Origin: Zootoca vivipara
Lineage: Eukaryota
Direction: 5' to 3'
Assembly (NCBI RefSeq): GCF_963506605.1
Contig: NC_083277.1
Location: forward strand, 7,812,001 to 7,876,000
Length of the DNA: 64,000 nucleotides
Below, one piece after another: positions 31,974 through 45,160 of this stretch; position 1 is the stretch's first letter; the number at the start of each line of letters is the position of its first letter. The notes beneath the pieces were generated by a model. The model ran no database searches. It worked only from the letters and a program-made list of their open reading frames with translations, and was not told the origin of the DNA. A program made the position numbers and the translations under genes.

Positions 31974-34900
31974 TCAGGAGATACTGAGGGGGGTTTGAAG
32001 GTCATTCAGACGAAAGAAAGGGAGGAGGGTCTCTCCAGAGAACGAGGCTCCTGAGAACGTGTAGAGTTCGGCTCCTGAGTCAGCGTCAGAAAAAGACACA
32101 CGTCCCCCTTCATAGTCCAGAGTCACCCGGATCCTCCTGGGCTTCTCATTCAGGGACAGAGGAGAGGAAACAGGGGAGGGGAGGGCCACGTACTCATCTC
32201 CCCAATTCTCCAAAGCCCAGACCCCATCCTCGGGCCTTAAGGAGAAGAAGTAGCTCTTTCTCTTCACAGACTTCCTGGCGACCCCCACATCCCAAAATGC
32301 CCCACTTCCCACATTGACTTCCCAGAAATGTCTGCCTGCTGTGAATCCCTCACGTCCCAACACACAAGGCCAGTTGCTGAATCTCTCAGGATTGTTGGGC
32401 AGGTCTTGCTTTTCGTCTCTATATCTCACACTTTTCCGATCCTCGGACAGGATGAGCCAGGGATGGGCTGTGTCTGGATCCAGAGTCACATTTGCTGTTG
32501 GGAAGAAGATGAGGGAAAGAGAAGATTAGGCAGAGTCAGCCAAGAGACAGAAACAGACATCTTCTTAAAAAACAACAACAAAAACCCCAGATTCCCTTTC
32601 AGATCAATGGGATTTCTTTGCATCACATGCAAGACTCCTCCTTGCAGACTTTCATCAGAATAAATATTTTCCTTGTTGGTTTTTAAAATGGTTTTCTTCA
32701 CTTTCTTATATTCAGTGTGTATTGTGCCTGCCCTCCTCTCTCTCTCTCTCTCTTTTTTGTAGAGAAACTGTCACATCATTTATTTATTTTAAATCGTTCC
32801 GGTTTCATGGAATATGCATTCCAGAAGAATCAGTTATTTTTTAAAAAAATAAATCTTTATTTCAATTCTTTAAAATATTACATAAAAAAGAAAATTAAAT
32901 ACATAAAGAAATAATAATCGATTCGATCATATATACCATTCAAAAACATATAACTGAGAAACAAAAAATGAAAAAATAAACAAAACAATAATCAAAGAGA
33001 AACAAATAATACTCCAAAATTCCTAAATTTCAATCCAATAGCATCACCAAATAATATAAACATTTACAAATAACAGAAAAAAGAAAAAAGAAAAATAGCA
33101 CAAAAAATAAAAAAGATCTTAACATTTTCCTATTGTTTGTGCACCACTTTCCTTTATTTAACTTCTCGTCTTGCTTTATCTAAATTACTATTTACACATG
33201 TTCTCCGTATTTCCCTGCATATCTTTCAATCTAAACAAATAAGCAGATCAATATTTATCTCTTCTTTTTTCAAATAGCCCTCAACACTTTTCTGTGGGAA
33301 TTGGCCTTTGGGGACCTCTGGGTTGGGGTGGGGGATAAGGACCCCCTGTAGTAGTAGTAAGTAGTAGTAGTAACAATAATATCACACTTGCCTACTGCCC
33401 TTCATCCATAGGTGTCAGGGTGGTTAACAGCATAAAAATATAACACAAAACAACACATAGGCGTCCCCACACTTTCGCGGGGGTCATGTTTTGGGCCCAC
33501 AAATGAAAATCACACTAAGTGGGGAGCCTGTTTATTCCTGCTCTCCATCTCTCTCACCCACTTGGTCTCTCCTTGCCTTCCTACCATCTTGGAAGTTTAA
33601 GGCTTGCCACCAGGGAAGAGGAGGCAGGTGGCAGGGCAATTTTACAAAGGACTGCTTATTCCATGCTTCTCTTTTGGATTGAATATATACCATAAGTGTG
33701 CACAGAACAATTTATTAAACTGTTAAACATCTGCATATGGACTCTCCTTAAGGGCAGGGGGATGTTAACTCTTGCCCTCCCAGACTCCTCCTCAAAGATC
33801 TTGTAGCTGAACCAGCGTCCTTTTAGTTCAGCCACAAGAAAAGGGTTGTTGCTAGCTTAAGATGTTGCTCTGTTGCAATACTCTGCTCTAGGCTAGGTGG
33901 CTTACATCTGAATCTAATGCACTGGAAAAATTTTCTAGTCTGAGAAAAAGAGGACACGTGGCAACCAGTCCTGAAAAAGGTCACATGGAAAAACAACCCA
34001 ACTCTAGGCAGGAATGAAACTCTTCCCTACTCAGTCTGATCCTTCTGGGTTATTTATCTCTCCCCCTTCTGCATCTTCAAGTCCACCCTCTCTGCCTTTG
34101 TGGTACAAACAGCAGGGACTAGAGTCAAGTTGTACAGAAGAGACTCTTTACGCCCCCCATGAAACACTAGTCCCCCCCTCCTGTGAATTGGGGTCTCCAT
34201 GTAAAATTTAACTCTCTGAAGATTTCTGAATGGCTGAACATCTGAGGAAGCAAAAATGCAATAGCTAAAAAATAATAAATATTTTTTACAAAACATCACC
34301 ATAACATAGCGTCTGTTGTTTCCTTATTTCAAGCAAAAGATGAAATCATAGAAGAAATAATTGCAAAAACAACAACTGTAGGCCTGTGTAGTGATGTTAA
34401 ATATTCTCCAAAAGATTATTCTCAATAATTTAATATCACTAGGCATAAGGAAATAACTAACTTGTTTAGCTGTAATTCTTGCATTGCAGGGGGTTGGACT
34501 AGATGATCTTTGTGATCCTTTCAAACTCTGCTATTCCATGATTCCATGGGAAAATCAGAAATGGTAAAACATACTAGAAAATGGCGGAATCCAATCATTC
34601 AAAATCCACAAATGAAATGCATAGCTGCCAAGTTATCCCTTTTTTTAAGGGAAATTCCCTTATGCTGAATAGGCTTCCTCGTGAGAAAAGGGAAAACTTG
34701 GCAGCTATGGAAATGGGGACCTGTACTGGAGGGCTGGAGGAAGGTTTAACATCTGCCCCAAGTAAACTGGTGGGGAAAAGCTGTTGAAACCGGAATTTCC
34801 AAGCATGCCGAAGTTTGGGGATGCCTGGACTAGATGATCCTTGGGATCCTTTCAAACTCTGCTATTCCATGATTTCAGAAATGGTAAACCATACTAGAAA

Positions 34901-37900
34901 ATGGGAAAATACAATCATTCAAAATCCATGAATAAAATGGGGACCTGTACTGGAGGAAGGTTTAACATCTGCCCCAAGTAAACTGGTGGGGGGGAAAGAA
35001 TTTCCAAGTACTGTATGCTGACAAACCAGATTGCAGAGGAAGAATCGGCAGAGTTTTGCACTGTAATTCCAAGGGTCTCGTGCAATGGGAAGTCCTCCCT
35101 TGTGGAATGGGGCCGATCTCAAAAGAATTGTGGGGACTCTCAGGCGACTGGGATGGCTGAAGCACCAGAAATGGCTGGTGAGGTTGAAACTGAGGAAGAG
35201 GGGGCTCTGGGAAACCAGCCTGGCAGGAGGTGGAGGAGGGACTGGGTGCTTGCGGGTGCCCCTTTTAACACACTTCACAAGCGGGAAATTCAAGCAAATC
35301 TTGAGAAGCCCCAAAAAGAACCTTTCCAGATTGTGTGGAGGGGAAACAAAATGCAAGGGAGGTTCCATTTGAATCAGAACATTGTAATGATCGAGCAGGA
35401 TTCTCCTTAAGGGCTTTTATAAGATATTTTAAGGCTCTGAGGCTTTTCCCCAGAATCAAGCAATATATAAATTTTATGAAAGAAAGCAAAATCTATTAAA
35501 TCAAGGGGGAAACCAGCATAATAGTTTATAGGCAGGAATGGAACACAAGACTGGCATGCAGGTTCTTCGTGGGGACAAGCTCTGCCTGCAATCCAAGCCT
35601 TCAAACCCTCTCCAGGTTCATTCATGGGACAGACAAAGAACCCAAACACCACTAGAGGACTGTTACCCACAGTTACGCCATTGATGGGGGTCCCAAAGTC
35701 TGCAGAACAGACGGTTCAACACCCATGAAATATCAGCCCCCATCCCTCCTATGAAATTGTTCCCCCTGGAAATTTACCTTTCTGAATCTGTTTTCTGAAT
35801 AACAGAGCATCTGAGGAAGCAAAAAAGATATAAAGTGTAAGGGCAACACTCTTCCACCTGAAATAAATCTCTACACAAAAGTAACACTTCATAACGTGGC
35901 ATCCTTAAATTCAAGTGTGGTCAAACCTCGGTTTTCGATCGTCTCTGTTACTGTACGTTTTGCGAGAGCCGCGCCTCAGAAATTGACCGTTTTGGAAGTC
36001 GAACATCCTTCTGGAGTAGATTACATTCGACTTCCAAGGCTTGACTGTACAATTATTAAATAGTACAGTGGAACCTCAGAAGCCGACCACCTTTGAACTC
36101 AAACGCTTCAGCTCCCGAACTATAGAAAAATGTAAGTGATTGTTTTTCGGAAGCTAAACATCTTGCACGGCTTCCGCAGCTTCTGATTGGCTGCAGGAAG
36201 CTTCTTCAGCCAATCGGAAGCCACACCTTGGTTCTTGAACCATTTCAGGAGTTGAACCGACTCCTAGAATGAATTAAATAAAAGAACCGAGGTACAACTG
36301 TAGAAAAAATAATTAAAAACAAGAAAATAATAGGAAGAATCTATGAAAATAACTAAAGCTTTAAAACTCAGCAATCATAAAGCACGCTTACAAATAATAG
36401 AATAAAAATATTCAGCATGAATCCTGATGGTCTCTGAACTTTGTCCCTGAAATTGGGCTCTACATTCTTGGACTGGAGGGGAGGCAAAGCAATAGGAATC
36501 CTGTAAAAGGAGGCAGAGGGGAGATGGAGGCAGCCTTAACATCTTCCCCAAGCAAAGTAGTGGGGTAAATTATTAAAACCAAAATTGTGAAACATAAGGA
36601 GAAATAAAGGTTGATGAGGAAGGCTTGGCCGAGGTCTCATGCAAAAGGAAGCCCTTCCTCACAAACCTTTTAAAAAAATCTTTCAGATTGTTACCAAGCA
36701 TAATTGTGCCCTTTGGGGCTCATGTGCTCTTGCTTCCATCTTCCATGTGGAAACTCAGGAGATCTTGAAGGCTGAAGCCCTAGATAGGGCAGCTGCAGGG
36801 GGACGTCTGAGGAGGAGACGGCTCAGGCCTTGGCTCCATTGCTGAGAAACAAACCTGAGCAGGAGACAGGGGGTTGGACTGGATGGCCCTTGTGGTCTCT
36901 TCCAACTCTATGATTCTATGACAGAGGGGGAACTGGGGGCTTCTTAATGCCCTTTGACTCCATTCAGAGCAGGAGAACCTCCAAAAGGACAACCCCAGAT
37001 TGTGTAGACTGGTAACCAAAAGGAAAAGGAGGTTCTGTATAATTGACGAGAGATGCACATGGGAGGAAAAAATCCTAACTTTGCTTTCTTTACAAGCTCC
37101 AGCGTCACAATGTACATGGGCCATTCTGGGGGACAGGAAATGAAGGCTGGAGCACCGAGAAGGAAGGTATCCTTGGGTTCCTCAATTCCATGCAATAAGA
37201 GCCTGGCATGTTCAGTTCTGAAGGAAGAATACAATTCCCAGTGTGAAACCCTGGCAGCCATTTTTCATTACCTTTCCATTGTTTCATTGCATCCTCCACA
37301 AGGTGATTTAGATCACAGGATTCCAAGATCCTGTTCCTCAGTTCTGGAGGGAAAGGCAGTGGCTTCTCTGGACTCTCTCTTTTCTCATACCTGGTGAAAA
37401 GAAAAACAAATTATACACATTGCAAAAGTAAAACCAAACCTCACAAAGGAAATGGCACTAATTCATTGGGGAGAATTGGGGTGCTACAAGTTCCAAAGAG
37501 GGGGTCCTGTTTTACCTGGGAAACCAAACAGATTATTATTATTATAAATTCTTATTATACCTGTGAGATGCTACAGGGAGTGAGTTCTAGGGCTGTCTTA
37601 AGCATTCCCCGTTGCTTGTTGATTGAAAATGCCCCGTGTATCTTAAGCACGTGCAGCGCGATCCTAAGCAGGTTTGAATGCAAGAGTGAAACAAAACTCT
37701 GAAGCAAGCTTCCCCCCCGCCCCTTGCCGGCAATAGTCATTTACACTGCCCTAGGAAAGGCCTCCGTTGAACCCAGTGGGACTTACTTCAGAGTAAAGTT
37801 GGTCGCAAGGGATCAGGGCCCTGCCTGCCTTGGGCTTCAAAAGAACTCCTAGATGTCTCCCCAACCTGATCCCAGAGTTTGATGTACCCTTCATATCCTA

Positions 37901-40900
37901 AAGGGGATTGCCTTTCGGGTCTGGGATGAATTTTGAGGGAAAGAGCAAATTTATCCCCGCCTTGAGCTATGAGCTATACTTCACTCAATGGGAGGGGAGG
38001 GGAGGGAACGGAAGGGAAGGGAATGTCTCGGGGGCGAAATTGACCATATGCTTAAAATGAGTGGACGTGGATGGCCGTTGTGTGTTGAGTGTTTGTGCAT
38101 CACTTCCACCAGGGCTCAGGTAGGAGCTAAAGTCTGTAATTTTCTCCTCCGTCGCACCATTAAAAACAGGTTGCTTTTTTCAATTAAGAGCTGCCTTCAG
38201 CCCCAGTCAGTTCTCCTAATGACAATACATTATATTTTCACTGTTCTCTCCCCCCCCCCAACTACACGCACACGCACAACCCCCAACTCCGAAAGAATGG
38301 GAAATCCTATGTTTTCATTAGACGTGATTAGCGAGAAAGTCCAAGAGGGAGGGAAATGATTTAAGGGGGGAGGGTTCTTGTCTGAACTAAATACCGGGAC
38401 CTTCTTCTTGTTTATTACTGTATTATTAAACCACCACGCTTTTAAATAAATTGGGATTTCGTACAGAAAGGTGGAGGGGCGAGGAGGCTGGTCGATGTGG
38501 CTTCCTTCAGATTAAATGCAGACCACAGCGATGGTCATTTAACCGACCTGATTGGATCTGGTGTTGGGGGTGAGGTGCGAGAGAATGATGATGATTTTTT
38601 AAAAGCAACTTTCCTCCACTCTTAGCTGCTGCCGGCAGCTTTGCGGGGCTGGAGGAGGCGGGCAGCGGCTGGAAGGCGGTTCCTCCAGTGGGGAAGAGGC
38701 GGAGGCTCCAGACACGGCGCCCAGCCTCTGCCTCTTCCCTGGCGCCCATGCCTTGGTGGCCACGGCAGGCGGAGGCTTTGGGCACAGCACTGCTTTGGCG
38801 CAGTGGACGAGGGCGGAGAGCTTGGCACTGTGGATCCCCGCGCCACTAGCCTCTATGGCTAAGACGCCCCTGGAGCACCATGTTTGAGGTTCTTGCATCA
38901 CGGCCTCATGGAGGGATGCTAATGAGAATGAGCCAGATCCACTTACCTCTGAAAGGTTCTTCTCATATCCTAGAGGGGGAAAGAGAAGGGAATTCACTGC
39001 ACACCACAGGCCACACTAGGAAGACCCTCTCAGACCCTGGAGTGGACGAACAGCCTGGCCCTCGGATGTCAGTCTGCCTGACACATGCCAAGGTTTTGGG
39101 TAGGGATGGTGGAATCAGCCAGTTTTGGTTTCTCACAGCTTTTATTTTTTCAACCTGAAATTATCAATTTTTCCAATATCAAGTTCTCCACATTTCCACA
39201 TCAGTTTGCAATTCTTGTTTAAAATCCTTATGAAAATCCACCAGCATTTAAGGGAATTTCACATTTGTGGATTCAATAGAAGATTCCAACCCATCTCATG
39301 TCTTAGATTATAATTTATTACAGTAATTTGAATCCAGTTTGCACTGTGCAATTAAGATGTAAGTAAGCCTACAGGATAATCCTACCAAGGAACTGTCCCA
39401 AATTGTCTTCCATAGAAGTCCCCAAATATCAAATTCTATTCTCCAACTGGAAATAAAAAAGCACCTGCAGCATAAAATGCCTCCAAAGGTGTAATAAAAC
39501 AGCTCAGTGTTTATTTGGGCGCATCCACACTTCTGCTTCTCCTGTGCCCAGAAAACACGGGTCCAAGTGGTTTTGCCTTTGCCCTGCCACTTTCCCTCAG
39601 GAAAAACCTGCTCCTTAGTGCAACATCAAAGCAAACGTCAATCTGGAGAAAACCTGGCTGATGTTTGCTCTCATTCAGCAGTAAACTGCGGCTTTTCCTG
39701 GCGGAAAGGGGTGGGACAAGCAGCAGTCTGGATGAGTCCCTCTGTCTTGCTCTTTGATCACTGTGACTGAGCACCATTTTGGGCCGATCTGGATCCATTG
39801 TGAAGGTGATCAACCCAGAAGTTGTGGAGGGAACAGGAAGAGAAGCTTGGTCAAGAGACTGGCTCATGTCGGAAGGAGGCCTGGATGCATCTTTGGCGAA
39901 GCCCAGCCCAGGGTAGGAAGGCAGCATTGCCAAGCAGGAAGGAATTTCGAGACAAATCATCAGCAAAGAGCAGAAAACCACCTCCAGTTCCATCAAGACC
40001 ACAGAAGAATCTCTGGTCTGCATTCAGGTGAGTTAAGCATCCCAGGTCTCTTGGGTCTTCCTGTCCATTACCGGTACAAACCTGAGTAGAGGCTCCATCA
40101 ACTGAGCCCCTGAACTCCTTGTATACATGAAAGGGGCACAGAAAGGATGGCAGGCAGCCTTTTCCTGGAGCCTTGGGCTGTTCCTGCCACCGTCTTACCT
40201 GCAGGAGTTCACTCACTGGCTGCTGACCCTTTTCCTCCATCTCCTGGATTATCTTCTCAAGGGAGGAGAGTTTCCTGGAGAGTCTGGCCAGCTGCTCATC
40301 CCTTCTCCCTGCAATCTCCTTCTCCACCTCTTCCACACAATTCAGCCGTTGTTTTTCTTCTTCTTCCAGGAACTGGCGGAGTTCTTTGAACTTCTCCACA
40401 GTCTCCAGCTTCTCCGTTTCTGCTAATTTCTGCAAAAAAAGAGGAGGTCTGAGTGTGGACGATGGTCAGCCTTCAAAACAGCAGGAAGAAAATGATGAGA
40501 ATTCCACAGGGAGGGCACTTCTGATTTTTCAGAGACATGAAACGTCCAGTGGCTAAAGAAGTAAACATGTATTCTGTGGGGTGGCCCTCTCCATTGCTCT
40601 TTCTGTTGACTTCTATTCGCAGAGGGCTACTGCCTAAAGCAGGTGTAGGCAATCAAAGGCCCAGGGGCTGGATGCGGCCCAATCACATTATCAATCCGGC
40701 CTGCAGACAGTCTGGGAATCAGCGTTTTTTTACATGAGTAAAATGTGTCCTTTTATTTAAAATGCATCTCTGGGTTATTTGTGGGGCCTGCCTGGTGTTT
40801 TTACATGAGTAGAAATGTGTGCTTTTATTTAAAATTCATTTATGGGTTATTTGTGGGGCATAGGAATTCATTCATTCCCCTCCCCAAAAAAAAACATAGT

Positions 40901-43047
40901 CCAGCCTACCACATGGTCTGAGGGACGGTGGACCGGCCCACAGCTGAGAAAGGTTGCTGACCCCGGACAAGGAGCTTTTTCCCTAGCCACGGGTATTTCC
41001 TGCATGTTTTGGGGCATGGCATAAGCAGAGTTCATAGTTGTCCAGAGAACATCCATGGACATAAAACACCCCTCAGTTCAAAGTGGAACCATTAAGGTGT
41101 AGGAAGGCAACAGAAACAGAGGAGGATGAGGAGGAGAAAGTGTAGAGTTTATCCCCATAGCTCCCCTGTTTCCTTTAAAGGTTCAAAATGCCCAGAGTTT
41201 CCTAAAAATGAACAAGAGTGCACATTTAGAAAGACAATTCTTTAGTAATATTTATGGTAAATCCGGATTTGGACTGATTTGCTTCCACCCTGGCCTGGCG
41301 GAGGATTTGTGGAATATCTGAAGGAATATTATGAAAATATGAACACACCAGTAGGTTTACTTTAAAAAATACAACAAATATATGTATAGCCGTTGTCAAA
41401 AATGTATATTTGAAATTGATATATGAGAAAGACAGGCAAGAAAGAGTAAAGCACCGAAACCTGAAAGTTGGAAAAATAAAACCAAGAGAGAGGAAAGAGG
41501 AAGTCAAGTTTGAAAGAACAAGTTTAGAGGAAAAGACTATATAGGAAGAAAAGGAGAGGTAAATAAGGTACGACACATGGTATTATTTGTAAAGTATCTT
41601 TATTTGAGATTTTTTTTTCTGTATGAAACCAATTTTTATTTGTATATCAAAATATCTGTACAATAAATAAAAGCAATAAAAATGGGGGGGGGGAGATTTG
41701 CTTCCACCCTCTCAGCTCACAAGAGTTCAGGCTTCTCCTTGACTACTTTTCACATAATGAATGACAAGGGGAAATAAATTCAATTTAGCTTCATTCAAAG
41801 GTGAACTTACCTAATTTGCTATTGCTGAATAAATATGGAGACCAAAACAGAGCAATCCTATGAAATTCACACCTCTTATATTTTCAAGGTTGACCCAGCC
41901 AGGTAAATCCATTTATGAGGGTAAAGTACAGATCAAAGTATTTATACATTTTCAGAATAATAAATTAATAAACAGAAATAGGGAGAAGCTGAAATGGGCA
42001 GATTTCCCCATCCCTCATCAGTACTGACTCGATTCTTCAAGTGCTTGTTCCCTCACTAGTAACAATACAGACACTTACCAGGAGGTCTTTGCTTTCCTTG
42101 TCCAGGTCTGCTTGATAGGCCAGAATTTCCTCTCTCTCTTTCCTCAGAATCTCCAGACGGCGACAGATCTCTCCCTAAAGAGAAAAGGGAAAACTCAGGT
42201 TTGATTGAGACACACAGAGACAAGATGAATAGTATGCGGGCTTTGCTATGCTGTAGTAGCAAAGTACTGGAGGAAATAAAAGTCCAGAGGTTTCCAACCT
42301 TTTTGGGTCCACGACTCCCTGAACCAGCTACCTTTTTTCTATGGGGCTCAGGGACCCAGTTAGTCCCCTCTTGCTTACAGACTTCTACATAGTCTTTGCA
42401 GATGCTACTCAGGGATATCAAGGGAGATCCCTTTGTCCCCCTGGCAGAAAGATTTCAACTCCCTCCTCTCAGTCATCCCAGGAGCCCCCAGGCTTCCCCT
42501 TGGCTGCTTTTTACATAATAAACAACCACCAATTCATGTCATGCCTACTTTGGACCTGAGAATTAAAAATAAAACCTCCCAAGAAGAATCCACAGCTATT
42601 TCTCATCCTAAAGATCCAGGGATCTCCTACCTTGTATTCCTCGAAAGCCTCCTCCAAAGGAATCACCTTGTGATTTTCATGTTCCTTTGATTTGTCACAC
42701 ACCAGGCAGATGGGGGCTTCGTGGACTTTGCAGAAAAGCTTCAGGGGCTCCTGGTGATCTTCGCAGACTCCTCCTTCTCCCTTTCCCTCTTGAAGGCTGA
42801 GATTCTGGGCTATTTCTACCACATTAGCCAGTTGCCGGTTGGGGATGAGACCCCTTCTCCGGACTCTTTGTCTGCACTGAGGGCAGGAAGCCTCTGCCTC
42901 CGATTCCTCCCAGCACTGGATCAGGCAGGATCGGCAGAAGTTGTGCCCACACTCTGGGATGGTCACTGGATCCTTGAAGTAATCCCGGCAGATGCAGCAC
43001 GTGGCTTCATCACGGAGACGCTGCAATTGACCCCCTGCAGCAGCCAT
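31974..43047 (-). CDS. TRIM27/TRIM39-like E3 ubiquitin ligase copy C (RING, B-box2, coiled coil, PRY/SPRY); 479 aa
   Basis: Exons 43047-42631 (417 nt), 42174-42079 (96), 40429-40199 (231), 38969-38947 (23), 37390-37272 (119), 35810-35778 (33), 32494-31974 (521). Canonical splice sites, consistent phases, no stops. Confidence 0.92.
34620..34709. mobile_element. 90-bp MITE (inverted second copy at 54723-54812)
   Basis: TIR CATAGCTGCCAAGTT. The 54723 copy has an 8-bp TSD CAACTATC, consistent with hAT. Confidence 0.8.
36066..36300. mobile_element. Degenerate Tigger/pogo-like MITE; related copies near 58137-58343 and 59580-59822
   Basis: ta-cagtggaacctc ... gaggtacaactg-ta termini. Confidence 0.65.
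41292..41694 (+). mobile_element. Short L1-type 3' fragment
   Basis: 16-bp TSD GATTTGCTTCCACCCT (41276-41291, 41695-41710); ORF2-end-like codons followed by an A-rich UTR; absent from copy B. Confidence 0.75.
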
Positions 43048-43099
43048 GGCTCCTTCGCGCCAAAGAGCCGAGTTAAGTTCCGCCTTCCCAGTTTTCAGC

Positions 43100-43142
43100 C
43101 ACGTGGAGTTTCCCTTCCTGGAAATGACTCAGTGACCACGTG
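43100..43142. promoter_or_regulatory. E-box, kB, GAS, AP-1, E-box cluster upstream of TRIM copy C
   Basis: CACGTG 43100-43105, GGAGTTTCCC (GGGAAACTCC on -) 43105-43114, TTCCTGGAA 43115-43123, TGACTCA 43125-43131, CACGTG 43137-43142. Confidence 0.65.
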
Positions 43143-43547
43143 ATATTTTTTTTTTTGAAAAAAAATATCAATTGCTGAATGTGTTCTCAAGTAGCAGCGA
43201 ATGCTTCTTGATTGCTTCCCATGCTTTTGGTTACACAAACACACACTTGCCTACCAAGTTGTGGTATTCATATCATATTGAGTGTGTTCAGACTTCGAGC
43301 CAGGAGGTGGCATTGGACACCAGCCCTACTCAGAGTAGCCCTATTGAACTCAGTGGGCATGGCTACTTTGGGGGCATTTGTTTGATTTACAGTAGTTCAT
43401 TTTATCTGCAGCATTCACACATCTACATTCACAGCGGGCAGTTCGATCCATTTTTATGGCATGACCCTAACTGCAAATTTATACATACATTTGAGCTTTA
43501 ACCCGACATGGAAGATACTTCCAGAAATGTAACATAATATAGTGCAA

Positions 43548-43743
43548 TAAAAAAATTCCTTCAGTAGCACCTTAAAGACCAACTAAGTTTTTATTTTGGT
43601 ATGAGCTTTCGTGTGCATGCACACTTCTTCAGAGCACACAAAAGCTTATACCAAAATAAAAACTTAGTTGGTCTTTAAGGTGCTACTGAAGGAATTTTTT
43701 TATTTTACTTCAACTCAGACCAACACGGCTACCTACCTGTAAC
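43548..43743. mobile_element. Penelope-like element remnant: inverted terminal-repeat palindrome
   Basis: 15-bp TSD CATAATATAGTGCAA (43533-43547, 43744-43758); two inverted copies of the same repeat found at ~52290-52385. Confidence 0.8.
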
Positions 43744-45160
43744 CATAATATAGTGCAAGTTTAACACTCATTTACATGTTATTTGCAAAAACGTGGTTTT
43801 TGTGTGTGAAATTCAGGCCAAAGGTTGCCCAGCAAGCCTCCCAGCCAAGTTGCAGATCTGGGCCTTATACTGCAACCCTCTGCATGCTTGATGAGAAGTG
43901 CCATTTAGGTGATTTATTCCCTGGTAATGGTGTACTGTAGTGTATATTTAAGATTGTTGCCTTAGGATCATAGGGATCACTCAGCCTTAGACTGAGTGAC
44001 CTTTGGGCTCATCTAGTCCAGCTTTGTCTATAGCAATTGACAGTGGCTCTCCTGGGTTTCAGGCAAGGGATGTATCCTGCCCTACCTGGAAATACTGGGG
44101 ACTGAACCATGCAAAGCAGATCCCTTACCAGCAAGCTACAAGCCTTTGGATCCAACACACAACCTCCCTTTCTTGGCATTGCTGCCCCAATCCCTATCCC
44201 AAACACAACACTTAGGAATGGAAGCTTTCCTCCCTAAGACTACTGACTTTTTGAGGGAAGTTCCCTTTTTGAGGGAACTGGAATTTCAATGGAAGCGACA
44301 CCAATTCATTAAATTGTGCTTCTGTGTGAAATTGCTCTAAGCTTTGCACTAAGATACGGCTATGTTTTCCACTGCTTAAAGGCAGCGGTCTTTAAGAGGC
44401 TGTCTGAACTGTAGAAACTTAGGAGGGGGTCAAGTTTATCTCCGTGCTCTGAAAAGCCGCTCCTGGTGTGTGTGGTTTCATTTCTGTGGGCTCGGAAGGG
44501 ACGATCAATCAACTAAACAAAAGATTGCAACACACCCTAATTCTCCAGCAATTCCTCTTCCCAAAGGGAACCAGACTCAGGCTGGCAATGCCCCTGGAGC
44601 TTCTCACTGCTGGGAACACATCACATTGGTGTTAGCAATGGGATGGAACCCAAATGGAGAATGGGGGCAGGGACATAGCTAGAGCACAAGGAGCTGATGT
44701 TCCAGCAGCAAATGGGAGGCCTTGTAGTGTCAAAAACAGATGATCTGGTTGTGGACCCCAGTCATGTCGCACCCACACCCACAACTCCACACGGTTCTGT
44801 GCCCTCTCCCTGAATTAGTGAAACAGGCAGTTCAATATATAAATGTTTGCAAGTTGTTTTAATTTACAGCTTTTCTAGGTGTAGAATGTAAGATTCCTTT
44901 CACCGTTTGTTTGTTTGTTTGTTTGTCTGTTTGCTCAATATTTGTTGTCTTCTCTGAATAAAGAGAGCACAGCGGCCCTGCTAGGGCAAGGCAATGGGGC
45001 TTGCTTGGGAGAAAACAAGGAGGGATAGCTTCCTGAACTTCACAATACAAATTTGTGTGTGTGGTTGCGCCCGGGTCACAAAGGGAGAATATGCGACTTA
45101 GCGTATTAAAACCATTTCCGCCACCCTGAAGGCGAAAATATTTTATTTTATTCTAGCCTC

